64,000 bases of DNA from Kudoa neothunni (taxonomy: Eukaryota; Animalia; Cnidaria): NCBI GenBank assembly GCA_964304625.1, contig OZ199838.1:13287745-13351744 (forward strand), given 5' to 3'. The notes under the pieces were generated by a model. The model ran no database searches. It saw only the letters and a list, made by a program, of their open reading frames with translations, and was not told the origin of the DNA. Below, one piece after another: positions 41,001-53,000 of the stretch. Position 1 is the first letter of the stretch. Each line of letters opens with the position of its first letter. The position numbers were made by a program, and so were the translations under genes.

Positions 41001-42202
41001 TTGTGAAAAGCCAAATAAGTCTGTTTTGCTTCTCAGTTCTCTACACAATCACAATTACATTGAGGAAGATGGGAAGCCCGAAATAGTACATTACTATTAC
41101 CAAACTAAGGCTGGCGTCGATGTTCTTGATCAGCTTATTCGATTCTACACTGTAAGGAGAAGACCTCTAAGATATCCACTTACAATATTCTATAATATGG
41201 TTGACATTGCTGGTTATAACTCAATGGTTGTATATTTGGAAAAATATATTGAATTTAAGTTAAAATAAAAAAACCGTACAGGGCGGCAATATTTACAAAA
41301 TTTAGTTGATGAAATTGTTGAAGCATACGGTAACGATAATAGTGACCCTTCGCTTATCGAACCATCAAAAATCTATAGAAGAGTGAAAAAAGATGCCGGT
41401 TGTGCTCCTACATAGCAGACATAAAAACTAAGACGATCTGTTCTAAGTGCGGAAAAAACGTTTGTAAACGACATTATTCAGTTTTATGTAAGAATTGCCA
41501 TTGATTGTTTATGTTTATTATAAAACTAAAAATTCACACTAGTATATTTGTACTGTCATCCACGTCAGTAATGGAGTCGTGTTATATCTTGTTTTTTACA
41601 GCTTTGCGATAAATTATTAACATGATATTAAAAATAAACCAATAAGAAATTTTCTTTTATATTTATGGCATATTTATAATCAGTTGAATAGCGTTAAGTC
41701 CAATTTTACCGGCTGGGTCCATTGGACCCAGTTTGTGCAATAGTGTGATTTTTTGGGGCGTACGTACGAGTGTTAAGAGAAAGGATGGAAGAAGAAGTCA
41801 ATATAATCATTAGAAATCCAGAAGTTTGTGCTGCTGATGAAGCGGATAGCGATAATACTAGTATTCTTTCACACCATGGCAGGATAGAAGCAGAATCTGA
41901 TAATGATTCTATTGAAGCTGTTCCCGTTTCTGATAAGGATATGTTTAAATATTTGTCCTGTATAAGGAGATATTTTAAAACAAAAAGCCCACAAACGTTA
42001 AAGCAAATAACAAAATTCGACGATCTAATTTTAGGAACAGCTGCATTACGAATTACTTTTAAAGTAGCAGTAGTTAAGTACGCTTTTTATGAAAATATTA
42101 CGTATTATTTTTAATCTTTGTTTTATTCGCATGCACAAAGTTATGTGTGGCGCGTAATGACTTTGATTTCCCTTTTGATTGCGCAAGACCCATAAGTCAC
42201 TG
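38016..42202 (+). mobile_element. pogo/Tigger element (pseudogenised), interrupted by the inner piggyBac
   Basis: TIRs CAGTGACTTATGGGTC / GACCCATAAGTCACTG with TA TSDs. Motifs IFNTDETGL, AWMT, LLFLDNCPSHP and FFPPNATSVLQPLDQGII. The acidic C-terminus resumes after 41776. Confidence 0.93.
39428..41772 (+). mobile_element. Inner piggyBac element, near full-length, with in-frame stops
   Basis: TTAA TSDs (39424-39427, 41773-41776). TIR CACTTGTAC / GTACGAGTG. Subterminal palindrome CTGGGTCCAATGGACCCAG. Motifs LTVDEQL, KPGKYGIK, ITTDNFFT and KAGVDVLDQ, plus a C-terminal Cys-rich domain. Confidence 0.94.
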
Positions 42203-45200
42203 TAGTTTGCTAATCATTTTTTATTACGTACTAGAAACAAATAGTTCTCAAATGTTTGTTGCAACAGAATTGGGAGCAGCTATAACATTGATACTTTGTT
42301 TTTGTATCGGAAAATCGAGCGCATAGGCTATATCTTTTTTTCGTCGTAGACTTCAAGGTTTCAACAGCCAACTCAGTACGGTTGGGTCGCTGGTGGGCTT
42401 CACTAATTAGTCTGCAAGTTGTTATAAATAATTGCTTCTACAAATATTAGGTTTATTAAATATCGTTTTATTTAAATAAAACGAATTGAGCAAACTTATA
42501 TCAAGCATATTATAAAAAACACCATATGCCATCTTCTGGTGTATCTTTAACGCTAGTCATGGACAGAATACGATCTATCGTATCCATGCCTCCCTTGGTT
42601 TTGTTATTATCAATTATAACCTGGGGCTTTTTTGTCTTCTCTTGGCATAAATTGACATTATTAGAGGATGTAGCCAATAAAGTAACCGCTTTGTTCCTTT
42701 TTGGAACAAATGACACCATCATTTTCTTTTCATGAAAAATGAATATAGAACTAAAAACCTCTCTCGATTTCCTGGCTATATGAATTAATGAAATGTCCCG
42801 TTTATTATGGCGGATAACCCCCAGATGAGTTAAACCAAGATTAAGAAGTTTGTTTGCCAACGGAACCGAGATAAGAAAAGTATCACAAACAATGTTTCTT
42901 CCAGATCCTTTTAAATGTGACGAGAGCTGTAAAACAACCTTTTCACCAACACATTTGGTAATTTGGTTATTGAATCTTCCCAGATAAACGGAAACGTTGT
43001 GTGTATAGTTGGTATGAGGGTTAGTTAAAAGAAAGAATTTAATGCCATAAACTGCAGGTTTAGATGACATATGCTGCTTAAAGGGGGAACCTGCTTCAAA
43101 TGCAACTAATAGTTCATCGGCAGTAAGATCGGCAGAAGGAACTACACACATCGGCAAAGTACTTTTCCATCTATTGAAACCATCGGTTACAGGGCAAAAC
43201 TTATCATTTTCTTGCCTCAGACTCCTTGTCTCATAATTATCAAAATGGAGACTTTTATTTATTTGGGTAACTCTATATAATGACATAATCCTACGAAATA
43301 TGTCACGTCCTTTAATCAAACTCCATAGTTGCTTAAGAGATACCATTTTAGATCGGAAGATTGATATATATATATATATATATATATATATCATTCCCAA
43401 TATATGATTTAAATTCCACTATATTTAGATTTTCCCATTTTCCCCCGTAATGAAATGCACCAAATTTGTTAGTGTGAATAATGACAGAATTGAAAAACTC
43501 ATCATCAAACAAAATAGAAAAACAATCCTGCAAATTGCAAATGCAGTTAGGCCTGGAGACTTGATTAAGATGTTTTCTTTCTTGATTGTTGTATTTAAAG
43601 GCTCAACTGAAGACCATAGCACATTGTTTTTGTCCCTATACATGTTAATGGCGACATCACCTGAATTACAACAGCTTGACGAAGAGAAATATTATTCAAT
43701 AATATCTTCAATCTCACTGCAATCAGAGTCATCATTTGTTAGGAAACCATCATATAATTCTTCCCTTTCTACCGGCCGATGACAATCGGGATAGATCGTC
43801 AAATGACGGAAGCATAAACCGTGATTTTTCTCGATATTTAGAGGATATAACCTTTCAAAATTATAATATTTTATTTTTTGTAATTTTATGAATGTTTTTA
43901 TAAAATAAAAACGTGGGGTCCTCCTGGACCCCAAAACCGCTTGTTTCAATTATTTGACATTAAATTTTAACAAACAAAAATATCTTAATTTTAAATTCAA
44001 TTATGAATATATAAAAACTTATAAAAGAACAATGATTGGATACAGCCGATTTAAAGTTTTCAGTAAGCAGCGAATTGAGATGAAAAGCGGCCTGGGGTCC
44101 AAAGAGTCCCCAGAAATGCTTGGAGGGTTAAATAGAAAAACTTTAAATAAGTGAGCATATAAATAATTATGATTTGTTTGTGATCAATTAAGGTATAAGT
44201 TAAGAAATTAGAGTTGATATTAATAAAATAATAAATTTTTCATCACATACTAAAATTGAATGTTTCTATGTAGAGATCAACGTCAAAAAAATCAACATTG
44301 GACATTCAGAGCTCTTTAAAGTTTTGAATTAATGAGAATCACCACAATGATTTGAATCCGCATAAAAAAGTTTATAATTATAAATAATATGATTTTGTTA
44401 GAGAATTCATTACATCATAAACTTATCACGAGTTTATGATACCAACAACTTCTTATTGTATTATATGTAGAGCTAATAGATATTCTGATGACAAAAGTTA
44501 CAAAAATAATTCGCTTAAAAATTAAGAATGAATCCATTAATAAACTAGATCATTCATTTTGTTAAATTACAAGAATAATAATGTTTTTCTTTTCCTAAGT
44601 AAAGCCATCTAGCACATGTTCCTACGGACCAATATCCTTCGTTTTTTAGATATTAATATATAATATACCATGGTAATTTTTGAAAGGATCGTAATTTAAA
44701 ACAGTTTGCTTCAACAACAGTAAACCGATTCGTACGTGCCAATAGACACTCCTTATAATTTTATCATGCTGGATTATGCGCTCGCGAAACCGTAAATGTA
44801 ATACAATTTGTTAAACACCAATATCTAGAACACTGATAATTAAAACGAACGTTCGTACCATCCCTTAGATAAATTATTTAATTTACACTCATAGAGAACA
44901 GAATTAAGCGAATAATTTAAAAATTGTGTTTCATATTAATAAATCTTAAAACGACCCTCAAATTATTGAAATGACCCTAAGAACATAAAATACGCTGATT
45001 TTATGCGTTTTCGTTATCATAAAACCTTCAACTTGGAATAAATTTGAGATATAATACTGGTACACGCACAATTTGCATTTTGATGCTGAAATATTGTAAT
45101 TAAAGTCCGATTCGCATATTTCATTTATCTGCGAATTTCCATATCGACGATGAATTGCCGAACGCACGTGCGATGTGTTTCGCATAGAAAAATACAAATA

Positions 45201-45249
45201 TACGGTGTTTATAATTTTAAAATCTATTCTATTCGAAGTTCCAGTTGTA

Positions 45250-46560
45250 TGATTTGCTAATTGTCCTTAAATAGAACAAATCGTAATAAGACGGATAATT
45301 ATCGCACACAGCTTTGATTGAATCCAAGTTTACTTGTTGTTTCATAAGTTGGATATTATTATTTGGATTCGTCAACTGAAACTCGATATCTCGTTCAACT
45401 GAACTTTTCCCTTGCTTTAATTTTTCTATTGAACAATCATGCCCAGCGTGTGATTGATCAAAGCGGTCGAAGAAATGTCATTTGAAGCTTTCACAATTAT
45501 TCGTTGTAAGTGAAATATTTTTCATCACTCGTTCAGACGAGCTCCAAAAAGAAGGAGGAAATTTTGAATTTTCTCTGTATGGTTCAATGAAATATTTAAA
45601 AGATATTCCAAGTTTTTCAAATTCTTTTGGAACGAAATTAGAAGGTAAAAATGATAAGGACGTAACCATTCTTAATAGACATCGAAACTCAATGTTTTGC
45701 TGTGCATTTTGTAACAAACCAATTTTTTGAATTTTTCTCCAAACGTCTTTTCCAAAATGGAAGGTACAAACTTTTATATTAATTGTTTTTGATGCTTTTT
45801 CAAAATCAATTATTAAATTATCAGATAATTTAATATGTAGTGTTTCTTTCATTATGTTTATCATAAGGTTATAATCCTCTTCAATTTGTCCAGGCATTAA
45901 AATAAATATTAATGGAAATACCCTGTTAAAAATTACACCATGGATAACATAAAGTTGATAGAATCCTCTGGGTATCGTACCACCTTAAACGTTCCGTCGG
46001 AGAGTCAAATATTCGAGTTGTTTAAGTGACATATTTTCCTCCGTATAAAATATTATCATTCTTTTTGTGTAAAGGGATCCATTGTCGTAATAACAGAATA
46101 TTTTCCCTCCTAATGTAAATATTCCAATGTTTAACAGGCTGGTCTCATTTACAACCGAGATGCTCATCCTTTTTCTCGTGTTTTGGATCAGTTTATAAAC
46201 CGTTCTTTTGTTAAATATGGGAGTTCCTCAAGTGGTTTTCTGTTTTATGCATTGGCTGTAAACTCTGTTCGTAGAGTATGCCGTTTCTTCAACAACAGCC
46301 CTTATTTTATTATTTAATATCGCTTTTTTGTGATTTTCACCAACAATGTGATTATGCTCGTCAACGGTCACATTTCTACTGATATCCGGCAGCAAAGAAG
46401 TTTGCAACATACCGCGGCATTTTCTTTTTTGACACCTCCAAAATTGTGTATCATCATTCGATGATGTCGTGACGTAAAAACGTTGCATATAAAGTATTTT
46501 GTGATTACATCGTAGGGTTTTCAAAAGTATAAACCCCGCCATTATATCTTAGGTTACTGA
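45250..46560 (-). mobile_element. MULE transposase pseudogene with an N-terminal FLYWCH-type zinc finger
   Basis: FWRCQKRKCRG...EHNH, DGTFKVV.. followed by QLYVIHG, IIDFEKA, CTFHFGK and TTNNCESF. Confidence 0.88.
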
Positions 46561-47144
46561 TTGCGCATGTGACGTTTCGTGGAGTTACAACCAAAAATAA
46601 TACTTAAAAAATAAAAAACTGTTGATACAGATGCAATCGAATCTAATGAAAACCCAAATATTACAAAAATACTTTAAAAAACAAGTGAAACAATAAATTT
46701 AGACGCAAACGCGAGATGAAATTGCAACAAATCATTCTTCTGTTTTCTCCGATCACTTTAATTACATAAAATCCGATTTCAATTCGAACCTTCGTTAAAA
46801 CTATAAACAATAAATTTAATTATTAAATACGAATAAACACTTAATTTAGCATTAATTAGTGAATCTTCTTACCGAAATATTAACGGACCACTTACCTATC
46901 GATGTCGAATATCAAAACAGTAATTGTATTTTAAAATTCAATATTTTTTCATAAGCTACAATGGACGAATTATTTCTGTTCTATCTCAAACAATAAACTC
47001 GATGCTGATATAAACGGTTATGCACATGTCTCTAATTAACCTTTACATCAATTAAATTAAATCTAATTCTAAATCGGTCTCACTTTAATATAAAATCTCT
47101 AAAAATTGCATCTAATCTAACTTTGGTAAAATTGGCTTTCTCCC

Positions 47145-47179
47145 TTAGCATAACATTAGCATATCATTAGCATCACGTG
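47145..47179 (+). promoter_or_regulatory. Three phased TTAGCAT repeats followed by an E-box (CACGTG) just upstream of the POLR1C ATG
   Basis: TTAGCAT at 47145, 47156 and 47167. CACGTG at 47174-47179. ATG at 47200. Confidence 0.45.
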
Positions 47180-47199
47180 GTGAGTGTTAATTTTGAGCG

Positions 47200-48547
47200 A
47201 TGGAGTTTGACCAGCTTCAAGTTGTAAAGGTATTATCAATATAACGAATCGAAATTTTGTCCGAAAGATTAAATTTTATTCTTTAGGACCCATTGCTACT
47301 GAATAATAGCTTCAATATTCACAATCTCAACAAAGTAACCAGCCTATTCGTCGTAAACGTGTATCAAACTTGAATCGAAGTAGCATTTGAAAATTGATGT
47401 GGTTGAAATGGATACCGACCACATAGAGTTTGATTTAATTGGAGTTGATGTTTCGATTGCGAATGCCATTCGTCGCATTATACTTTCGGATGTAGATTGA
47501 TTGGTTGGTCATTGGATGATTCATAAAAATTGTTTTTAGATCCCCTCTATTGCTATAGAAAAAGTTCACATGATGAACAATACTAGTATTGTGTCCGACG
47601 AAGTGCTGGATAATTGACAAACTAGGTCTCATTAACTTTTCTCTAGGTGATAGCACATCGACTTGGTTTGGTGCCAATAGATGTGGATCCTTCGGCGATA
47701 GAGTTTGTAGATGAGCAAGCTAAGTTGGATCAAACTGAAGACCTTCCTGAAAATCAAGTGCTATTGTTTGAGTTGAAATGTAAATGTATTCAAAAGCACG
47801 ATGGTTCCGTTGAAAATAATATAGGTAAATAGTTAGCTGTTTGTCATTATATGTATGTGGTATGTACGATTTAGTAACATCTGGAATGTTGAAATGGGTC
47901 CCTATTGGAAATCAAGAGGAACTCTTTGGTGATAAACCACCAAAACCACTTCATGATGATATAATATTGGTCAAATTGAACCCGAAACAGGTCTTTGGTT
48001 GTATTTGAGTCAGAAAAATATCTCTAATAGGAATTGGAAATGCGACTGTTATGTGTGAAGGGTGTTGGTAGAGATCATGCCAAGTTCTCTCCAGTTTGTG
48101 AGTTTTTTATGTTTTTCTTATAAAACAGACATTAATTATGGCTATTCCAATAGCAAACGTGTCATATAGACTGTATCCAGAAATCAAATTGAAAAAGAAA
48201 ATTTACGGCGACGATGCGGTCACATTAAAAAACTATTTTTCTCCTGGGGTAGTGGAATTGTTGAACCATCCCAAACATGGCGTTGAAGCCAAAATTGTCA
48301 ATAGTCGAATAGATTCCAACAGCAGAAATGTAAAACATGACGATCAACTCAAAGACTTGGTTATTCTATCGCGTCGTCCCAATCATTTCATATGTATTCT
48401 TGTTGAACTTTATGTTCATATGCTGATTTGCTTTTTTTAGTTACTGTCGAGTCTATTGGTGTATATCCGCCTCAAAACTTGGTTATAGCTGCTATCAATT
48501 TGCTGAAAAGTAAGGCTCAAATGTACATGAACGAAATCAAAGCCTAA
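47200..48547 (+). CDS. POLR1C: RNA polymerases I and III subunit RPAC1 (AC40), 9 exons
   Basis: Spliced translation [55 protein letters not shown]...DDIILVKL...KGVGRDHAKFSPV...SYRLYPEI...HFIFTVESIG. All introns are GT-AG. Confidence 0.95.
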
Positions 48548-48729
48548 GCTTAATAATTCTTCCGTGTGTTTACATATTTACATGTAGTGCGATTTGCTCC
48601 AATTTATTTAGTGATGATTTTAGTCAAACGAATGTATAAATCTGCTATATTTTTCTTATTTCAAGTCTACTTTTTTTATCTGCGTATATGTCGATGTAAT
48701 GTGTGGTGTCATTAAGCTCGCTTACTTGA

Positions 48730-49907
48730 CACTTGTAATTATCCCCAGAGTCCAATGGATCCTGTTCATGATTATTTCACAAATTGTAGCACTCTCAACA
48801 TAGTCAGGAAGACAAAATTCTGTGTAGCTGCTCAAAAATTTGTTTTATATTTTTTATTTCTATGTAAATAAAAAAACATAGTGTTGTGCACAACGAGGTC
48901 CAATGAACCCCGTTGAATAATTAAACAATTAGCATGTCAAAACGAATTCAAACTCTAAAATAAAAATATATGTTGTAAAAGCCAATCTGAATATAACTAT
49001 GCTTATTAAAAAAATTATAATTTTTAATTTTTATTAATTTTTTTCTATGCACTTTAAAGAAGGAATTATTCCTGATTTTGTTCTGCATTATGTAATTTTA
49101 GTTATACTATTAAATTTTACGATGAATCAAATTGTGGGCGTTTGAAAATACTCGTCGAAAATAATGATTAAGAATGGTAACAGATTAATTTTTTGTTGAC
49201 CTCGTGTAACATATAGTTGTGCGTTACGTTTTCCATTAATGGTGCAATCAAAATGATTACAGAAAACTCAGAAGATTCGACAGTGTAAGAAGGAGGACTC
49301 TCAGATGGTCACTCACAATATTTTACGATATCTTTGACATCGCTGATCACAACTCACCGATTGTGTACATAGATAAATATAATGAATTTAAACTAAAATA
49401 CAACAACCGAAAAAAACGCCAATATTTACAAAATTTAATTGATGAGATTGTTGAAAAGTACGTTAATGAAAACATTGATCTTGCACTTGCGACATCACCT
49501 AAATATGATAGGAGAGATAACAAAAAAAGATGTCATTATTGCTCGTGCTTAAAGCATGTAAAAACAAATGCTATCTGCTCTAAATGCGGAAAAAACGTAT
49601 ACGAACAACATTACTATGTTCTCTGTTAAAATTGGAACTAATACTTTGTGTTTATTATAAATCCAATGAGTTGGATGAGTTCTTTGATGTTGTCATTGTT
49701 TTAGTAATGACGTTGGGGTTTTCCTCGTATTTCTGCAGGTTGACTATACGTCATTATATAATTTATTTAAAAATGCTTAAAAATAAATTTTTGTTTATTC
49801 CTAGAATATTTATAAGACATGAACAAACATAAAATCTCATTTTACGAACAAGGTCCGTTGGACCCCTCTGTGCAGTAGTGTAATATTCTTGTGCATGAGT
49901 ACTAGTG
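48730..49907 (+). mobile_element. Internally deleted piggyBac derivative related to 39428-41772
   Basis: Termini CACTTGTA / TACTAGTG with degenerate TTGA / TTTA flanks. Same subterminal palindrome. Retains the start (IKMITENSEDS) and end (RQYLQNLIDEIVE...CSKCGKNV) of the transposase. Confidence 0.85.
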
Positions 49908-50042
49908 TTTATATATATATATATATATGAGACATGGGTGGGACATAACGCTCGAGCGCAAAAAAACAAATATTTCGTAAAAATATGTCACAAAAATAGT
50001 ATAAACTATAAAATCAACCTGGATATTGCGAATGGTTGATTA

Positions 50043-53000
50043 TTATTGAGAATTTTGTTGAACGTACTTCTTCCGACCACGCTCTAATTTACGCAACTTT
50101 TGTTTGACTTTTTGATAGGACTGTTGAATTTCACCAAGGAAATTCTCAATTTTGCGAATGTTTTCTAGCGACGGTTTTGATGTGAGCTCACTCTCTGATT
50201 CAACAGCAGCAATAAGAAAAATTTACGAAAAAAACAAATAAATAATAGATACCTAAAGTTTTGCTTCTTTGGGAAAAATATTCAGCCATACTGTTCATTT
50301 TAGTGATAAATGATATCGACGATTTGGTTATATTTTTATTTTTGGATTTATATTCGGTTGTATGAGGATTTTTCACCACAGTGGTTGAATCGTCTTCCTC
50401 ATTTTCACTATCATAAGGTCCTTTAGGGGTTGATGACTGAAGGCCGTTTTTTGAGTGTTTTGTTGAATAGTATTGGTTGTGCTTTGATGCTTTGTTGCCG
50501 GCGAGAGAAGGCATTTTAGCATATATATCACCTTCAACTTTAACATCCACACCAACTCGTTTGGAATCCATGCTATCGACAGTTCTTTTTCTCCTCGTTT
50601 CCTGTAGTTCGTTATATTTGTAGTAGTTTGGAGGGTTGTAGGTGTCATCTATGTAATAACAATGCATTTGATAATTAACATCAATAATGAATCTCGGTCT
50701 AAGATAACAAAACAACCACTATCTTTGGTGGAATTTTAAATTATATGAATAATTTGTGTCGTTACTTATATGTTTTTCTTTGGCCATTTTTATTTTTCTA
50801 ATTCCGTCAGGTTTGCCGGCTAGAATGAAATGCCACACATTTCCAAACACCATTGTAAATATCCTTACGTGTTTGAGTCGATGTAGCATCTATGTGAAAA
50901 TCGGACTCAAATGTGTTATTTGTTTTACGAGATGGAGAAGATTTTCTGGAATTGGTCTTCGTTTTTCTTCCACGATTAGCTACTATCGGTTTAGTGTATG
51001 TGGGCGCTGGTTTTAAGGGATGTGGCATAGGTTTTTGGTTGGCTGAAACTTCACTTTGATGGCTCGAATCGTTATCACTTTGGGTTCCTAAAACAATGAT
51101 TCAAAGTATTAAACACACACGAAGAGCTAATTCTAAAATATGTTGAGCTGTTTACTAGCGTATTAACTAATGTGCGATATGGTAGATCTGAGTGAAAATT
51201 ATGGGTTGAACATCGACCCAATTCCAATTTTACAGCCAACCTTAAATTACAGCGGAAATTATCGTTTAATTATTCCAATATTTCATCTCTTGAAGAACGA
51301 TTAAAAAATAAAGAAAAAATGATTTTCATCTCCCTCTCCCATTTCATCGAGTTACACACAGTAAAATATAGGTTAATAACTAAACCCCATCATATATACC
51401 AATTGAAGCGAAGATATTCATACAATCCGACAACAAGTTACTTGAAATAGGAAATTATTTTTTAGATGTATAGATGTATGGCAAAAAAATAGCAATCGAA
51501 AAGTTAAATAATCCCTCAAACAGGCTAATCATTAAAATGATTATGGTTCAAGATAATCGACGAAAACACATCTCATTTTGGGATAAGAACTGGCAAATAC
51601 TCAACAATGACTGTCTAAACCTGGTCTTAGCTGTAAGCTGATGATCTTTTTTGATCTCATGTCAGACTGACCTTAGTGTGTTCGTTTTCACAGGGTGAAA
51701 TTAACTAGTAAGTGGGATCTTAATTAGCAGTACAATAATGCGATGATAGAGAAACTAATCATCAAGATAACTTTATTGTATATTCACATCAAAAGTATCA
51801 TCAACTAACAATAAATAAAACCTACACAAATGTATAAATAAATGTGAAAAGTCGTTTTAGGAAGACAACAACGCATTATCACCCTATGATTAGTTCGACA
51901 ACATTCCCGAAATATTTCGACAAGCACAAAATACTTTAGCCGATAATAAAATAGCGCTCTTATAATATTTTTTTGTACCAACCAAACGAGAGAAATACAA
52001 TTTATACTTTATATTAGAATCAAAGAAATCATTATACATCAAAAATATTGGAAACAAAAGAGAATGGTTACCAATTAAGGAGATTCCCCCTTTAAACTGT
52101 GAAACTAATAAAATAATCGACTTAATGTTTATGCCATAAATAAGAAAATTTTACTATTTTAATAATCTACGTAATATAATACTCAATAATATAAAATCCC
52201 AACTAATTAGAGTGCAAGGGGTTGATAAAATAATTTTCTGGGGTAAATAACTAACTCCCAATTAAATATAAATATAAATATTGCACTCGGCATTAATATT
52301 TAGATGAATAAAAAGTATATATTACAATCTTAAAAATGAGTTCAATACATTTCTTAAGCCTTCCTGTACTTCGTGGGAAAAAGTTATGCGTGCCATGCGT
52401 GGGATATCGACCATAATCTACTTCAATAAGTTTTAAATATACCCAAACTCGAATAGATTAAAAGAAATTAAACAAAAATAACAACTTAAGCTGAAATTGG
52501 AAATATTTTCAGTTTTCCTAATGTGTAAACTGGAATTATTGACTAAACAATTAGGTTCAACTGTGTAAACATAAAAACGTAATCCAATAGCATGAATTTT
52601 ATCAAAATTCGTGAATATATTGGTCCTAATAAATAATAAGTAAATAAATTTGAAACATTGGTGGATGGAAAAATAAATAATATTCTTTATAAGCATGCCA
52701 GGACTGTATTTTATTTTCCGAATACTCTGGTAAAGTCGGATTATAATTAAAGAGGAAGCAATACTTTCGTATTTTTGGCATTTAAATCAATTTTCACTTA
52801 TCGTGTATTTCTTAAATACATAAGAGACATTAAATTACATTTAAAATTAATGCTAAAAATGAATAATTGAGTAGTATTTTAACCTCATTACATCTTTTTA
52901 CATTGCTATATAAGTGAATAGAATCAATGATGGAGTTCCCGCTAGTCTTTACTTTTTAAAGAAATTCAAACATTAAATTAGCATATGTTTAAGATTTCTC

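Larger units (their letters stand above)
37417..44127 (-). mobile_element. Outer piggyBac element (transposase about 43780 to 42230), interrupted by a Tigger at 38016-42202
   Basis: TTAA at 37413-37416 and 44128-44131. Inverted subterminal blocks AAGCAGTTTTGGGGTCCAAGAGGACCCC / GGGGTCCTCCTGGACCCCAAAACCGCTT. DDD motifs LTADELL, NIVCDTF and KGGMDTID, and a C-terminal QCYSCSQFCCNKH Cys-rich domain. Confidence 0.87.

Noticed and set aside
51630-51675. C/D box snoRNA in an ARID4 intron (TGATGA...CTGA)
   Set aside because: The boxes are only about 30 nt apart and lie on the strand opposite the host gene.
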